The notes under the pieces are model-generated. The model did not search any database, was not told the origin of the DNA, and saw only the letters and a program-made list of their open reading frames with translations. A program made the translations under genes and the position numbers. 64,000 bases of DNA, from contig CAVSPA010000005.1 in assembly GCA_963729715.1 (NCBI GenBank), positions 96,001 through 160,000 of the forward strand. The letters run 5' to 3'. Every line of letters begins with the position of its first letter. Position 1 is the stretch's first letter. This DNA comes from an uncultured delta proteobacterium. Its GTDB lineage: Bacteria > Desulfobacterota > Syntrophia > Syntrophales > UBA2185. This document shows, piece after piece, positions 52,306 through 61,238 of this stretch.

Positions 52306-53340
52306 TTATTCTTTGTTAAACATAGTTTCAAAACCACCGACTACTTGGAGGATCTCATCAAACTCCGGCATCTCACCAAAGAACATTTCTCCCTGCATGG
52401 CATTGTAATCTTGCTTCCATGCTGAGACTTGATCTTTTCGGGGGAGAAGACAAAGGGCTCCTTTTTTGAAGGTATCGTAGTCCACCCACTTTATGTTGAA
52501 ATAAACAGCGCGATGTCCGGCCACTCCATGAAATAGAGCAAGATTCTCCATTGCCCGTGCAGCTACACCTCTTCGTATGAGACACCATAAATCATAGTAA
52601 TGCCGGGCAAGGCGGGTTTTTCTAGGTTTATCAATTGGTCTAAAGGTTTCTTCATGTAGCAGCATAGCTTTTTCCCAAAACGTTCTCTCTGGTGCTACTG
52701 CATGGACCATGATTTCTTTTGTGACCAAGAGCTCCGGAAACGCCTTTGCGAGATAGGGCTGGATTGTGGGAGATTCCGTAGGCCATGTGTCAGAGCGCGC
52801 TCCGAGTTCAATTTTCACTTGTGGGCTGAGGTATGAAAAATGGCTAGTTAGAGTTCCTGGATATTTGAACAATAAAGTCTGTTCATCAGGGTCTTCATCC
52901 CTTGAAGCCATCTCTAATGACCACTCAGCGCCATTAGGAAGAGCTTTCATGAAACTTTGCTCAAGAGAAGTTTTCAGCTCGTCACGGATACAGCTCTGGC
53001 AAGCCTTCTTAAGACTCTGTATGCGTTTTCTAAGTTGTTTTGCGCTTTGTGCCTTGTCGGGACTAAGTTCCCCGCCAAAACCGAGAACGTCTCGGCTGAC
53101 CACCACATCAATGTCTTCTGAAAAGCGTTCGATCAAAGCCCATGCTTTTGAAAGGGATGTTCCACCCTTGAAGGTTAAGTGTTCACCCCATCTAGGAAGT
53201 TTGAAAAGTTTCCATAACGTCCAGCACACCCAGAAATCCTTTTCTATGCTCTCTGGTGGTAACCCAAGTTTAGCTTGGGCCTGTTCAAAGTACAGCCGTT
53301 GCTCACTTGGACTTCCATTGATAAAGTTATCCACGTTCAA
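52306..53340 (-). CDS. abiEii: AbiEii-family nucleotidyltransferase toxin
   Basis: IEKDFWV, FKGGTSLSK, RFSEDID, ERTFWEK, RHYYD. Confidence 0.92.
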   Translation of the reverse strand: MNVDNFINGSPSEQRLYFEQAQAKLGLPPESIEKDFWVCWTLWKLFKLPRWGEHLTFKGGTSLSKAWALIERFSEDIDVVVSRDVLGFGGELSPDKAQSAKQLRKRIQSLKKACQSCIRDELKTSLEQSFMKALPNGAEWSLEMASRDEDPDEQTLLFKYPGTLTSHFSYLSPQVKIELGARSDTWPTESPTIQPYLAKAFPELLVTKEIMVHAVAPERTFWEKAMLLHEETFRPIDKPRKTRLARHYYDLWCLIRRGVAARAMENLALFHGVAGHRAVYFNIKWVDYDTFKKGALCLLPRKDQVSAWKQDYNAMQGEMFFGEMPEFDEILQVVGGFETMFNKE

Positions 53341-53944
53341 TCACCGTTTTGCTGGCAATGTTCCGTATTATAGATGCGATCCAAGCTGGAGCGTAGCGAA
53401 GATCTTTGCTTAGCTGATTCATGTCGTCATCGCTCAGGCGTCGTTTGAGGGCATGAAGCATAGAATCATCTATATTCTTCCGGCCTATATAACGAAGAGC
53501 CTGTATAACAAGACCGCTAACCCTACCGGCAGTAGCCGTATTTCGTGGTGTGGTACGCCTGAGAATGATTTCCTGCTTTCCCAACTTTACATGTTTAGAC
53601 GGACCGTTTGTTAGGAATACGACTTTCATTGGAACTTGGTTGGAGAGGCCAAGAAGGTTTGCTGCATATGCACCGGAGGGTTGTAAGCGTGTGGCATCTC
53701 GATCTATGAGAGCCTGCGCGACGGCGTCTACTGAAGGAGATAGAAGACCGAGTTGAGGATGCTTGCGTGGATAATCGTAGAGACCACGCTTCAAGCGACG
53801 AATAGTTCCCTTACGGTGAAGCCGTGTAAGTGCCATACCGATGCTGCGGGGATCAGCAAGAGCAGAAAATAGTTTTGGCGTAAACACGATACCCCTCCCA
53901 CGACCGTAAATCATAGAAAGTAGTTTATCATCAATACTTTGCAT
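53327..53944 (-). CDS. abiEi: AbiEi-type (DUF6088-like) antitoxin
   Basis: LTRL...G.IRRL.RGLY.YP, AANLLGLSNQVP; directly upstream of the toxin. Confidence 0.85.
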   Translation of the reverse strand: MQSIDDKLLSMIYGRGRGIVFTPKLFSALADPRSIGMALTRLHRKGTIRRLKRGLYDYPRKHPQLGLLSPSVDAVAQALIDRDATRLQPSGAYAANLLGLSNQVPMKVVFLTNGPSKHVKLGKQEIILRRTTPRNTATAGRVSGLVIQALRYIGRKNIDDSMLHALKRRLSDDDMNQLSKDLRYAPAWIASIIRNIASKTVIERG

Positions 53945-53960
53945 AACGATTCCCAATAAT

Positions 53961-53998
53961 TTTTTGTTGAAAAAACTATACATAATTTTCAACAAAAA
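53961..53998. promoter_or_regulatory. 13-bp inverted repeat, putative AbiE operator
   Basis: TTTTTGTTGAAAA-N12-TTTTCAACAAAAA just upstream of the antitoxin start. Confidence 0.6.
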
Positions 53999-54156
53999 AC
54001 AATGGATTTTTTTTGTTGTTGAAACGTGGGATAAAGGTACGAACATAGCACCATTTCTTTGGCCTGGCGGAATGCTGATCTACCTCGGCAACAAGATTTT
54101 CAAAATTGCAGAGCCTTCTATTTGGGCTATACCATCAAGGAGATTGTTCGGCAGTT

Positions 54157-54218
54157 AGGTGTCTATATAGGTGTCTATCAGCGGTGAAAAGGTGTCCATA
54201 TAGGTGGCTATCAGCGGT
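54157..54218. repeat. Putative integrase arm-type binding repeats
   Basis: Two 29-bp direct repeats (54157, 54190), each with two AGGTGTCTAT-like motifs, about 110 bp inside the att site. Confidence 0.65.
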
Positions 54219-54327
54219 ATCACTCAATACTGCCAGATATCACTCGATATAAGATAAGTACTTAATTATACTGAATTTAATATCTTCCGGTAATAAGTGG
54301 CAGCACTCAGTATAATAGTAGTCAGAG

Positions 54328-54375
54328 GGATTCCTAATCCGTGTGCCGCGTGTTCGAGTCACGCCGGGGGCACCA
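54328..54375 (+). other. att site: 3' half of tRNA-Arg(CCT)
   Basis: GGATTCCTAATCC anticodon arm, GTTCGAGTC T-loop, ...GGGGGCACCA end; no D-arm or 5' acceptor strand upstream. Confidence 0.88.
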
Positions 54376-55818
54376 CTCTTCCCCTCCCTTCGCGCCCGCT
54401 CGATCACGCCTATTGTCTCTTCCGTGCAGCATGTACTGGTGATATTTCGCGAGGTAGCAGGCAGCGAGGGCTGCGTCCTCAGGCGCCTGAAAGACGGGGA
54501 TTCCCGCCTCCTGCAAAATTCTCTCATCCTCAAGCATCTCCTCCCGGGACGCCAGGATGCAAACGATAATCGGTTTCGACGTCCGTCGCTTCAGTTCCGC
54601 CAGGGCTCTTGCAGGAGTCTCAAAGTTCCGGTGGATGGCGTAAATTGGAATGACCATGTCGACGCCGTCATCCTCTACTACTGCCTCCACACACTTTGGA
54701 TAAACATCGACGAAAGTTCCGGAGCCCGTGAGGTCTATGGGATTCGGGGAGAGAACGATGGGAACATGTTCCCCGATGATCTTTTTTATCCTGCCAAGGG
54801 TCTGTTCCGACGCACGCGCCAGGAGACAACCGTTTTCGATCAGTGTATCCAATGCAAGAATACTCGGGCCCGCGGTGTGCGTCAAAACGGCCACCCGTGT
54901 GCCGACAGCATGTGAGGCTATGGCCAGAGCCTTGCAGACCGTTGCCAGCTCTTGCGAGTTCCTCACTTCAAGGATCCTGTATTGCCGACAGGCGCCTTTG
55001 AATATCCCGTATGTTCCCCCTATGGTGCCTGTGTGGCTTGCCGCTGCGGCGCTCACCAATTCAGACCTCGCACCCTTAAGGACGACGAGGGGTTTCTTCT
55101 GCGACAGGATTCTTGCGGCGTCCATGAATCCGCGGCCGTCTTCTATGCCTTCCACGAACGCCGCCACCACCCGCGTGTCATCGTCATCTGCGAAGTAGTG
55201 GAACATGTCGCTGAATTCAAGATTGGTGCGGTTCCCCAGGCAGACCCATTTGTTCACACCCACATGCCGGTCGATTAAATCATTGAACATGGTGCACGCC
55301 GTACCGCCGCTCTGGCTTACGATGGATACGGAGCCCAGCGGATTTCCCTTCTTGAACGACCAGAAGGTCGCGTATAGACGCTGGTTGTTGTTGATCACGC
55401 CGAGAATGTTCGGCCCGAAGATGATGATCTCATTTTTGTTTGCCACCTCTTTCAGTTTCTTTTCATATCGCAAACCCTCAGTGCCGACCTCCTTGAATCC
55501 TCCGGCAAAACAGACGAGCCCTTTGACACCGATCCTGGCGCAGCTCTCGATTACGGATTCTGTTGTCAGCTTCGCATTCAAACCGCTGATGACAAGGTCT
55601 ACGGGATGGCCGATCTCTTCAAGTGTGGAATAAACCTTGAGGCCCAAAAGTTTTCTCAGGCGGGGATGAACAGGGTATATGGGACCGGGAAATCCTTCCA
55701 GCATGAGAATATCCACGACCTGTGTGCCGAGATTGTTTGGCGCGTCAGAGACACCGAGTACTGCGACGCTTTTCGGACAAAGGGCCTCTTTGATTCTCTG
55801 TAACTTCCACTTCTCCAT
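54334..55818 (-). CDS. Acyl-CoA synthetase (NDP-forming) alpha-like CoA-binding protein
   Basis: SVAVLGVS, YPVHP, GGFKE, GPN, SQSGG, ASHTG phospho-His motif. Confidence 0.9.
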   Translation of the reverse strand: MEKWKLQRIKEALCPKSVAVLGVSDAPNNLGTQVVDILMLEGFPGPIYPVHPRLRKLLGLKVYSTLEEIGHPVDLVISGLNAKLTTESVIESCARIGVKGLVCFAGGFKEVGTEGLRYEKKLKEVANKNEIIIFGPNILGVINNNQRLYATFWSFKKGNPLGSVSIVSQSGGTACTMFNDLIDRHVGVNKWVCLGNRTNLEFSDMFHYFADDDDTRVVAAFVEGIEDGRGFMDAARILSQKKPLVVLKGARSELVSAAAASHTGTIGGTYGIFKGACRQYRILEVRNSQELATVCKALAIASHAVGTRVAVLTHTAGPSILALDTLIENGCLLARASEQTLGRIKKIIGEHVPIVLSPNPIDLTGSGTFVDVYPKCVEAVVEDDGVDMVIPIYAIHRNFETPARALAELKRRTSKPIIVCILASREEMLEDERILQEAGIPVFQAPEDAALAACYLAKYHQYMLHGRDNRRDRAGAKGGEEWCPRRDSNTRHTD

Positions 55819-55959
55819 GATAGTTGTCCTTGGTATGCGTGTTGACTTTTTTCTTGCGTAAAGATTTTAATTGCATTAACTAAGCAAAGAAATGAAACCA
55901 AGTAAACAAATATTTACGAGAACGCGTGAACGTGAGAAACAATTAACGGAGGACACTCA

Positions 55960-56289
55960 ATGGCGGAAAAGACAGCGGAGCAATTTGACGATGTAACTGT
56001 AATTTGCAAGGCGAACATATTCTTCGAAGGCAAGGTGATAAGCTATACTGTTTTGCTTAAGGATGGCAGGAAAAAGACAATCGGCCTGATTCATCCGGGA
56101 TCTTTCAAGTTCAATACCGATGCCACGGAGAAAATGGAAATTACCGCCGGCAACTGTCTGGTACGGCGAGCCGGCGAAAAGCAATGGAATACCTATTCGG
56201 CAGGTGAATATTTCCAGGTGGCCGGTGGATCCTGGTTTGAGATAGTAGTGGACGGAAGCATACTGGAATACATCTGCTCATTCGAATGA
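55960..56289 (+). CDS. ppnP: Pyrimidine/purine nucleoside phosphorylase (DUF1255)
   Basis: KANIFFEGKV.S, KKTIG.I.PG.F.F.T...E.MEI, EYICSF. Confidence 0.85.
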   Translation: MAEKTAEQFDDVTVICKANIFFEGKVISYTVLLKDGRKKTIGLIHPGSFKFNTDATEKMEITAGNCLVRRAGEKQWNTYSAGEYFQVAGGSWFEIVVDGSILEYICSFE

Positions 56290-56328
56290 TGCTTGGCAGA
56301 AAATAGATTAAACAAAAGGAGGGTTCAA

Positions 56329-57252
56329 ATGTTCACACGTCAAATTCGACTGGCAGGTATTGTCCTGTTAATTCTTTTTATGGGACAAACGGGAGTGTAT
56401 TCTGCAACACCGGATTTTGCCAATGTACAAATCCAGACGGAAAAAGTTGCGGACAACGTTTTCATGCTCGTCGGAGCCGGTGGGAACATCGGTGTTTCCG
56501 CCGGGAAGGACTGTGTCTTCATGATCGATACCTCATATGCCCCCCTTGCGGACAAGATCAAGGCCGCCATCTCTGCAGTCAGCGGCAAACCCATTCAATA
56601 CGTCGTGAACACGCACTGGCATCAGGATCATGTAGGTGGCAATGAATATTTCGCCAAGGCAGGGGCGACTGTGGTTGCTCATGACAATGTCCGTAAACGG
56701 GTCAGCACCGAGCAGGTCGTCAAGATTCTAAATAAGACAGTGCCCCCTTTGCCTGAATCGGCGCTGCCTGTCATCACCTTCAGTCGGAGCGTAACCTTTC
56801 ATCTGAATGGAAATGAAATATTCATTTTTCATATTGAACGAGCCCATACCGACGGGGACGCCATCGTTCATTTTAAAAAATCCAATGTCATCCACCTGGG
56901 GGACATTTATTTTAATGGTCTGTACCCTTTCATCGATCTCTCCGCGGGCGGTTCGATAAACGGCATGATAGCGGCGGTGAAACGGATACTCTTGCTTTGT
57001 GATCAGAATACGAAGGTGATACCGGGACACGGTCATCTGTCCAATAAGGCTGAATTGCAGGAGTACCTCAAGATGCTGATTGCCGTGAGAGACCGGGTCA
57101 GTAGTGAGATCAAGGCCGGACAGCCTCTCGCTGCCGTTATCGCCTCCCAGCCGACGTGCGATCTTGACCCCGTGTGGGGAAAGGGTTTCATGAAGCCGGA
57201 ACAGTTTGTGACGATTGTGTATGAGAGCTTGGCAAAAGAGAAATCACGTTGA
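56329..57252 (+). CDS. Exported MBL-fold metallo-hydrolase
   Basis: Signal peptide, NTHWHQDHVGGN, AHTDGD, IPGHG. Confidence 0.9.
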   Translation: MFTRQIRLAGIVLLILFMGQTGVYSATPDFANVQIQTEKVADNVFMLVGAGGNIGVSAGKDCVFMIDTSYAPLADKIKAAISAVSGKPIQYVVNTHWHQDHVGGNEYFAKAGATVVAHDNVRKRVSTEQVVKILNKTVPPLPESALPVITFSRSVTFHLNGNEIFIFHIERAHTDGDAIVHFKKSNVIHLGDIYFNGLYPFIDLSAGGSINGMIAAVKRILLLCDQNTKVIPGHGHLSNKAELQEYLKMLIAVRDRVSSEIKAGQPLAAVIASQPTCDLDPVWGKGFMKPEQFVTIVYESLAKEKSR

Positions 57253-57271
57253 AGCGCAACGCCCCCCCCTT

Positions 57272-57357
57272 GTCATTTCGAAGGAACGCAGTGACTGAGA
57301 AATCTTAATGTCCTTCTCTCAGTCAGGAAAAATATTTCTCGCGTTGCTCGAAATGAC
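57272..57357. repeat. REP-like palindromic element
   Basis: GTCATTTCGA...GAGAAAT...ATTTCTC...TCGAAATGAC; related half-copy near 63017-63042. Confidence 0.65.
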
Positions 57358-57395
57358 GAGAAAATAAGATCCTTCCCGGGGCAGCATGACGGCGG

Positions 57396-57884
57396 CTATT
57401 TTGTTGTGTACCCGCGACCGTCAAGACAGGCGCCCATCGCCCGTTGATAGTCTGCACGAATTTGGTTCAACTGGGCCTGTGTCATGCCACCGGTAGGATA
57501 AGTCGGATCGTAATGTGTCTGGCCTACAGCCCAGCTATGGCATTCGTAACGATCCTTCGCCTGCAGCTCTTCGCTCTGGCCCTGCCGGGCATAGACAAAG
57601 ATCCTGTCAGACGATGATGGCTGTACTGATGGCGCAGGTTGCACATAAACCTGAGGCTGTTCCCGGATCACCACCGGCGGAGGCGCGTAATAGGGTGAAT
57701 AATAATAGGGCCCATAATAATAAGGTGCAGGCGCATAATAAGGCGCCAGAACTGCTGCACCTCCTACTACAGCCCAAGGCGCCCACCACCAACCCCAATG
57801 GCCGCCTCTTGCCTCACTGGGCAATGGGTTTACGAGAAAGATGATCATTGTGAATATAAGAACTGCGCAGGCAGCTTTCTTCAT
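57396..57884 (-). CDS. Exported Pro/Tyr-rich hypothetical protein
   Basis: Signal peptide, PYYY repeats, C-terminal DRYECH...ACLDGRGY domain. Confidence 0.8.
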   Translation of the reverse strand: MKKAACAVLIFTMIIFLVNPLPSEARGGHWGWWWAPWAVVGGAAVLAPYYAPAPYYYGPYYYSPYYAPPPVVIREQPQVYVQPAPSVQPSSSDRIFVYARQGQSEELQAKDRYECHSWAVGQTHYDPTYPTGGMTQAQLNQIRADYQRAMGACLDGRGYTTK

Positions 57885-58251
57885 GTTTGTCCTCCTTGCT
57901 TGATTCTGTAGATATGTTCTTAATCTTTGTACTCCCCTTTTCAGAGTATCTCCATACGTAAAACAAGCAAAAAGCAGGCCTGAAATAGGAAGGCATGTCT
58001 AAGTGTAAGATTCCAAATCACATACAGCAATAATACATTTTTTTGATTGGATTATTCCCATTAGAAATTGGATAGAATGTATACAGTGATTAGTATCCAG
58101 TTGAGTAATAATTATCCAGGAAGGCAGTCGGTTATTTATTCGCAGGATTAAAGTCCTGCACTACATTATTATATTGGGGTAGTCAACATTTGACTTAACT
58201 CAAAGGAAACTGTAGATTACGTTCTAAAAAAAATCATAACAGGGTGCTTCT

Positions 58252-59289
58252 ATGAAAACACGGATTACAGAACTTTTTGGGATAAAATACCCCATACTCC
58301 TCTCCGGCATGAGCTGGATCAGCGTGCCGAAGATGGTGGCAGCAGTATCCAACGCAGGAGGTCTGGGGATCTTGGCCACAGGCCCTCTCAGCGCCGAGGA
58401 GACAAGAAAGGCCGTTCATGAAATCAGGGCATTGACCGATAAACCCTTTGGCGCCAATATTGCGCTCTTGTTTCCCGGGGCCGTGGAAAGTGCGAAGGTC
58501 TTATTGGAGGAGAAGGTGCCCGTTATCAACTTTTCCCTCGGCAAGGGCGACTGGCTTGTCAAGCAGGCCCACGCATACGGAGGCAAAGTCGTTGCCACCG
58601 TCGTCAGTGCCTATCATGCAAAGAGGGCACAGGACTATGGCTGTGATGCCGTCATTGCCACCGGTCATGAAGCGGCAGCTCATGGAGAAGCCCTGACCAC
58701 ATTCATTTTGATCCCCACGCTCGCCGATGCCTTAAAGATTCCTGTGATAGCTGCCGGCGGTATCGGTGACGGCCGGGGTTTAGCGGCGGCACTGGTACTG
58801 GGCGCGGATGGGGTTGCCATGGGGACCCGACTCATGACGACGAAAGAAAGTCCGCTTCATGAATTCTACAAAAAACTCTCTATCGAAAAGGTGGCCACTG
58901 ATACCCTCTTCTCCAATCGTTTTGACGGTCTCCTCTGCCGGGTCCTGAAGACCGATGCGGCCTCTCGCGCCATCACGCGCGGGCTTGATCTTCCGGCGGC
59001 CTTCTTCAATTCCCGCGAGATTGCCCGGCAGATCCATGCCCCATACTGGAAGCTGTGTCTCGGTGTTATGGCTTCGGGATGGAAGAACGCCAAGCAGATG
59101 GCCTTCATGGCTAACGCCTTTAAGGCAATTCGCGTCGCCACAGAGCAGGGCGATACGAAGGAAGGGGTGCTTCCCGCTGGTCAGGTAACGGGACTCATTC
59201 ACGATGAGCCCACGATAGCGGAGCTCTTCGAGCGGTTCGTTGCCGAAGCGAAAACGATTCAGCAGCAACTTGCGGTAAAGATGGACTGA
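58252..59289 (+). CDS. Nitronate monooxygenase/FabK-like flavoprotein
   Basis: AVSNAGGLG, GHEAAAH, PVIAAGGIGDGRG, MGTR. Confidence 0.9.
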   Translation: MKTRITELFGIKYPILLSGMSWISVPKMVAAVSNAGGLGILATGPLSAEETRKAVHEIRALTDKPFGANIALLFPGAVESAKVLLEEKVPVINFSLGKGDWLVKQAHAYGGKVVATVVSAYHAKRAQDYGCDAVIATGHEAAAHGEALTTFILIPTLADALKIPVIAAGGIGDGRGLAAALVLGADGVAMGTRLMTTKESPLHEFYKKLSIEKVATDTLFSNRFDGLLCRVLKTDAASRAITRGLDLPAAFFNSREIARQIHAPYWKLCLGVMASGWKNAKQMAFMANAFKAIRVATEQGDTKEGVLPAGQVTGLIHDEPTIAELFERFVAEAKTIQQQLAVKMD

Positions 59290-59360
59290 GGCAGGATGCT
59301 GTTCCATTGTGAAATGATGACCTGGCATAAAATTTTTAGAGAATCCATGGAGGTGCCGGC

Positions 59361-60083
59361 ATGGCTGTCGTAGAGTGGAAAAGGGATGATACCGTTGCTG
59401 TCGTTAAATTGGTAAACGGAGAAAATAGGTTCAACCCCGTCTTCATCAAGGAATTCCTCCAGGTCTTCGATGAAATCGAGAAAGATAAGGCTGTAAATGC
59501 GGTCGTGATTGTTTCCACTGATGTGAAAAGCTGGTCCCAGGGAATAGACCTCATCTGGATGCAGGGCCGTATGGCCGAACATGACCCTCAGGCGATCCGC
59601 GGTTTCCTCTATGGCCTGAACGATATTTTCAAAAAGATACTCCTCTTTCCTGTGCCCGTCATCTGCGCCATCAATGGACATGCCGTAGCAGGCGGGGCTA
59701 TTCTGTCCCTGGCCTGTGATTTCCGCTTCATGAGGGCCGATAAGGGATTCTTTTTCTTCTCCGAGGTCGACGTGGGCATTCCCTTCATACCGGGCATGAT
59801 GGCATTTTGCCGGAAGGCCATTCCCGAATATAAATTCGAGGAAATGATGTACACGGGAAGGCGCTATGGCGCCCCCGAAATGGAAGCGCACCACGTGGTA
59901 ATGAAAGCCTGCCCCAACGAAGAGGCCGTGATCGCGGAGGCCATGGCTTTTGCCCGCACCTTCAATAAGAAACGCGGGGTCTTTGGCGAAATGAAGCGGC
60001 GTATGCACAAGCATATCATCGACATCTTAGATAAGGAGGACCGCGAATACATCGAGCCACTTAAGGTTGTATACGGAGACTGA
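59361..60083 (+). CDS. Enoyl-CoA hydratase/isomerase family protein
   Basis: SQGIDL, CAINGHAVAGG..L.LACDFR. Confidence 0.9.
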   Translation: MAVVEWKRDDTVAVVKLVNGENRFNPVFIKEFLQVFDEIEKDKAVNAVVIVSTDVKSWSQGIDLIWMQGRMAEHDPQAIRGFLYGLNDIFKKILLFPVPVICAINGHAVAGGAILSLACDFRFMRADKGFFFFSEVDVGIPFIPGMMAFCRKAIPEYKFEEMMYTGRRYGAPEMEAHHVVMKACPNEEAVIAEAMAFARTFNKKRGVFGEMKRRMHKHIIDILDKEDREYIEPLKVVYGD

Positions 60084-60112
60084 AAATAAGAGTGCGTTAT
60101 TCCAGCGCCCTT

Positions 60113-60144
60113 CTTGTCATTCCAGCGAACGCTGGAATGACAAG
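60113..60144. repeat. REP-like perfect hairpin
   Basis: CTTGTCATTCCAGC-GAAC-GCTGGAATGACAAG. Confidence 0.7.
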
Positions 60145-60345
60145 GGCATCTTGCATGATAGGCACGAGTTGAAGGGACTGTGGATAAGAGGAAGTTGTCG
60201 AATATCGTACCTGATTGAAGCTCTCCGAAGTGAACTGCGGAGAATCTCCAATCCATAAGGAGAAATAATGTTTCCCATTCGCTCGCTTACCCCGCCGCAA
60301 GCTAAGGGGTTGCGCTCGCTGCCGGATTCAGATAAATGATGCAAC

Positions 60346-61221
60346 ATGGAAAATGCATGGATACTGCTGGCGTTGATTGCCGCCCTCACCGGTGGAACCA
60401 GTGATGCCCTTACAAAGAAGGCTTTACAGCTTCATGATGAATACACAATCGCATGGTTACGCCAACTGGTTGTTATCCTGTTTTTGTCGTCATGCCTCTT
60501 CTTTATTCCAATTCCGGCGCTGAATGGAGATTTTTATAAAGCGTTCTTATCCGCACTGCCTTTTGAAGTAATCGCATATATCCTTTACATGAAGGCGATT
60601 AAAATATCTCCCCTCAGCCTTACGGTGCCGTTTCTGTCTTTAACACCTGTATGTCTGATCATTATTCCTTACATCATGCTGGGAGAATTGGTCTCCTTCC
60701 GGGGCGGCATCGGCATACTGATGATTGCTCTCGGAAGTTATACTCTGAATCTGAAGGAAATCGGCAAAGGATTCCTCGAACCGCTTAAGGCTATCGGGAA
60801 AGAAAAAGGTTCCGTCTTTATGATCGTCGTCGCCATCCTTTATGGATTCACCAACACTTTTGGCAAACATGCCCTTAACCACTCATCTGCACTTTTTTTC
60901 GGGGTTACATACAATCTGGCATTTTTCATTGTGCTAAGCCCGGTCATTTTCAAGGTCGGCAAAATCCATTCACACGGCCGCATCTGCAAAGAGTCTCTGA
61001 AGATCTCTCTTCTACCCGGATTCTTCGCAGCCATAACTGTGATCTTCTATACCATTGCCATGAGTCTGGCAAATGTGGCCTACACGGTGGCTGTCTGTAG
61101 GTTGAGTCTTCTGGTCGGTGTGATCTACGGTCATTTTCTCTTTAAGGAAACCGGTTTCAGAGAAAGACTGCTGGGCACGACTCTAATGCTTATGGGATTT
61201 GTGATCATTTTGCTGGAGTAA
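60346..61221 (+). CDS. EamA/DMT family transporter
   Basis: About 10 hydrophobic segments in two repeats; LGE and FKE motifs. Confidence 0.88.
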   Translation: MENAWILLALIAALTGGTSDALTKKALQLHDEYTIAWLRQLVVILFLSSCLFFIPIPALNGDFYKAFLSALPFEVIAYILYMKAIKISPLSLTVPFLSLTPVCLIIIPYIMLGELVSFRGGIGILMIALGSYTLNLKEIGKGFLEPLKAIGKEKGSVFMIVVAILYGFTNTFGKHALNHSSALFFGVTYNLAFFIVLSPVIFKVGKIHSHGRICKESLKISLLPGFFAAITVIFYTIAMSLANVAYTVAVCRLSLLVGVIYGHFLFKETGFRERLLGTTLMLMGFVIILLE

Positions 61222-61238
61222 TCTGGATTCCCGATCAA

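Larger units (their letters stand above)
1..54375. mobile_element. tRNA-Arg(CCT)-integrated genomic (defence) island; left boundary lies outside the window
   Basis: Integrase/repressor/xis/rep module at the left, duplicated tRNA 3' half at 54328-54375, defence-type cargo in between, housekeeping genes beyond. Confidence 0.85.

Noticed and set aside
54300..54375. Complete tRNA-Arg gene
   Set aside because: No 5' acceptor strand or D-arm; only the 3' half is present.
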